From the NCBI RefSeq assembly GCF_018350175.1, contig NC_058383.1, positions 20,338,001 to 20,402,000 of the forward strand: a stretch of DNA of 64,000 nt, read 5' to 3'. Positions within the stretch are counted from its first letter, which is position 1. Every line of letters starts with the position of its first letter. Under the pieces are notes generated by a model. It did no database searches and was not told the origin of the DNA. It saw only the letters and a list, made by a program, of their open reading frames with translations. This document shows positions 61,806 through 64,000 of the stretch, piece after piece. A program made the position numbers and the translations under genes. This DNA is from Felis catus (lineage: Eukaryota).

Positions 61806-62449
61806 TGCACCGTGGGAGGGGCGTGGGCCCGCCGGTAGTGTTTCAGATGCCCAGGCCTGTCCGGAAACACTCTGTGGGTGCGCCCGATGGCCCTTCACGG
61901 AGCCCCCCTTTTCTCCAGTACAAGGGGCTGATGGGCAGCAGGTGAAGTTCAGCACTGGGCATCCAGCTGAGGGAAACTCAGGGAGCCCTGAGTGGGGGGC
62001 GGGGAGCACGGTGATTCTGTAAGAAAGGTCCTGGAGAGTGGAGTGGGGCTGAGGACAGGGCTTTGGGGCCAGCAGGGTTGGGTCTTCTCTGCTTAAACTC
62101 AATTCCCGTTGCTATTCCAGTCTTGCTGGCAAGAAGGCAAAGACCAAATGGCCGGGGCTCACGATGTGAGACTAGGATGACACGAGGGAACAGGGACGGT
62201 ATGGGTTTCGTAAGAGGGCACCTCGTCCTCGTACACATTATAATAAAAATAACCCGGGTGACCTTCTCAGGTTTGGGCAGATGGAGAACTCAGCAGGGAG
62301 AGTTTGAGGAGCAGGACTGGGTGGAAAGAAGGCTCTGTACCCACGGGGCAGCCCGCCTAGGCTTTGCAGAAATTGTAGCAGTGGTGATGGTCGGATGGCG
62401 GCCATAGCTGCTGGTTCGTCTCATTCGCTGTTTTACGTGGTTTTGAAAA

Positions 62450-62650
62450 AGGTTTCAATGTTTATTTATCTTTGAGAGAGAGACAGCACGCGAGCAGGGG
62501 AGGGGCAGAGAGAGAGGGAGACGGAGAATCCGAAGCGGGCTCCACGCTGTCAGCACAAAGCCTGACACGGGTCTCGAACCCACGATCCGTGAGATCGTGA
62601 CCGGAGCTGAAGTCAAGTCGCTCAACCGACCGAGCCACCCAGACCCCCCC
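62450..62650 (-). mobile_element. SINEC (feline-type)
   Basis: tttatttatctttgagagagagacagcacgcgagcagggg...ccgagccacccag. Confidence 0.93.
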
Positions 62651-62674
62651 CCCCCCCACCTTACGTGCCTTTTA

Positions 62675-62870
62675 GGTGTTGATTCATTTGACCTTTGCAG
62701 CAACGTTATGGGGTAGTTACTATCCTCATCCACATTTTACGTACCGGGAAACTGAAGCACAGAGATGTTAGGTAACTTTGCTGAAAGTCACACAAACTAG
62801 CAAGCAGCGGGGCCAGGATTCAAACCCAGGAAGTTTGACTGTAAAACTCTGAGTTTATAACCACACCATA
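62675..62870 (-). mobile_element. MIR
   Basis: ggaaactgaagcacagagatgttaggtaactttgctgaaagtcacac...ggattcaaacccagg. Confidence 0.85.
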
Positions 62871-63244
62871 CTATACTGTAAGAGAACAGGACCTAAGAGG
62901 TGGGACGAATTCGGACCTGACTCCGGAAGGAGACCATATGGACCACCACATGCTTATCGAGCAGGGATTATGTTCCGAGTGTTTTTATAGACACCAGCAA
63001 CCTAATGGTGAACAGAAGGTGGCAATGGATTCTACCAGAACGGGTGGGAACCTGTCAACTGGAGGACCTGGTAGGTACGAGGTAAATCCGGATGTCCCTA
63101 AAATTAGAGGCTTGATGCGCAAGAAGAACCGTTTTCTCAAGAAATGTGGGAGATACAGTCACTCGTAGATCATTGGTTTGATACTGACACTCACAAGGAC
63201 CTTGTCATAACCTGGCTGTCTGAGGAACGAACTCTGCCGCCCAA

Positions 63245-63460
63245 AGTCCCGGGTTCGAATCTCGCCTTTGATGCTCACCAGCTATGGGACACTGGACAAG
63301 TCGTTTAACCTTATGTGCCTTGGCTCCCTGTTTGCAAAACGGGGAAGTAACAACAATAGGAAACCCCCTCCAGGGTGACGAGCATTTCATGTGTTAATAT
63401 TTGTGAAGTACTTAGAACCTACTTAGAATTATCATAAATGCTGTACGAATGCTATCAAAA
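63245..63460 (+). mobile_element. MIR
   Basis: gggttcgaatctcgcc...ggacaagtcgtttaaccttatgtgcct...tgtgaagtacttagaac. Confidence 0.8.
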
Positions 63461-63509
63461 TAAATGCCTTGATCTTTTATCTTGGCATGCCGAAACCCAG
63501 CTGGATCAG

Positions 63510-63694
63510 TTTCTTTTATTATTTGAAAGAGAGAACACGAGTAGGGGAGAGGAGCAAAGGGGGGGGCGGGATCTTAAGGAGGCTCCATGCTCAGTGCAGA
63601 GCCCGAGGCGGGGCTCGATCCCACAACCTTGGGATTACGACCTGAGCCAAAATCAAGAGTCAGACGCTCAGCCGACTGAGCCACCCAGGTGCCC
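63510..63694 (-). mobile_element. Older SINEC
   Basis: ggggctcgatcccacaaccttgggattacgacctgagccaaaatcaagagtcagacgctc...cccaggtgccc; TSD tggatcag. Confidence 0.9.
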
Positions 63695-64000
63695 ATGGAT
63701 CAGCTCTTTATATAGAATTCTTTTTTCCTGTCTTCCCTACATCCACAAGGGAAATCACCTTTACCCCCATCTCCAAGTTCATGTGGGAACCACGCCTAAG
63801 CATCTTCCAGCGCCGCCCTGGGGAGGCTCTGACGAGACGGAGCTGTGAAAACCCGGGGCTCAGGGGACACCCCCAGGATCTCGGGGATTTCCTCCCTCCT
63901 CTGAACCTCCAAGGCGAGATGTGTGCACGGCGCCCGACGAAGCTCACATTCCGCCTTTTACTGTCATGATCAGGGAGACGTCAGATCACAGGGGTTAGTG

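Noticed and set aside
1..64000. CRISPR array, prokaryotic operon or a specific host-gene assignment
   Set aside because: No regularly spaced repeat-spacer array, no prokaryote-like coding density, and no exon I can recognise to name the locus

Overview
Mammalian genomic DNA, almost certainly from a felid: it carries near-consensus SINEC_Fc-type carnivore SINEs and feline-type L1 3' ends. I find no supportable protein-coding exon, RNA gene or CRISPR-like system, and the ORF track is explained by SINEs, L1 remnants, simple repeats and chance. The window is non-coding (intergenic or deep intronic) and repeat-dense, with about 23 SINEC copies, several L1s of different ages, MIR, L2, MaLR/ERVL LTRs, a MER5A-like MITE and long simple repeats. 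The best-supported observations are mechanistic. A young L1 shows a twin-priming 5' inversion, a 15-bp TSD, a 43-bp duplicated breakpoint and a templated patchwork insertion. There is also a second inverted L1, multi-level TE nests, a captured inverted L1 fragment, a young SINE without a TSD and a near-identical inverted SINE pair. Candidate regulatory signals are two co-oriented CTCF motifs with the upstream module and several repeat-free, homeodomain/FOX-motif-rich islands. Repeat subfamily names and most boundaries are by-eye estimates. I see no evidence for a new biological system.
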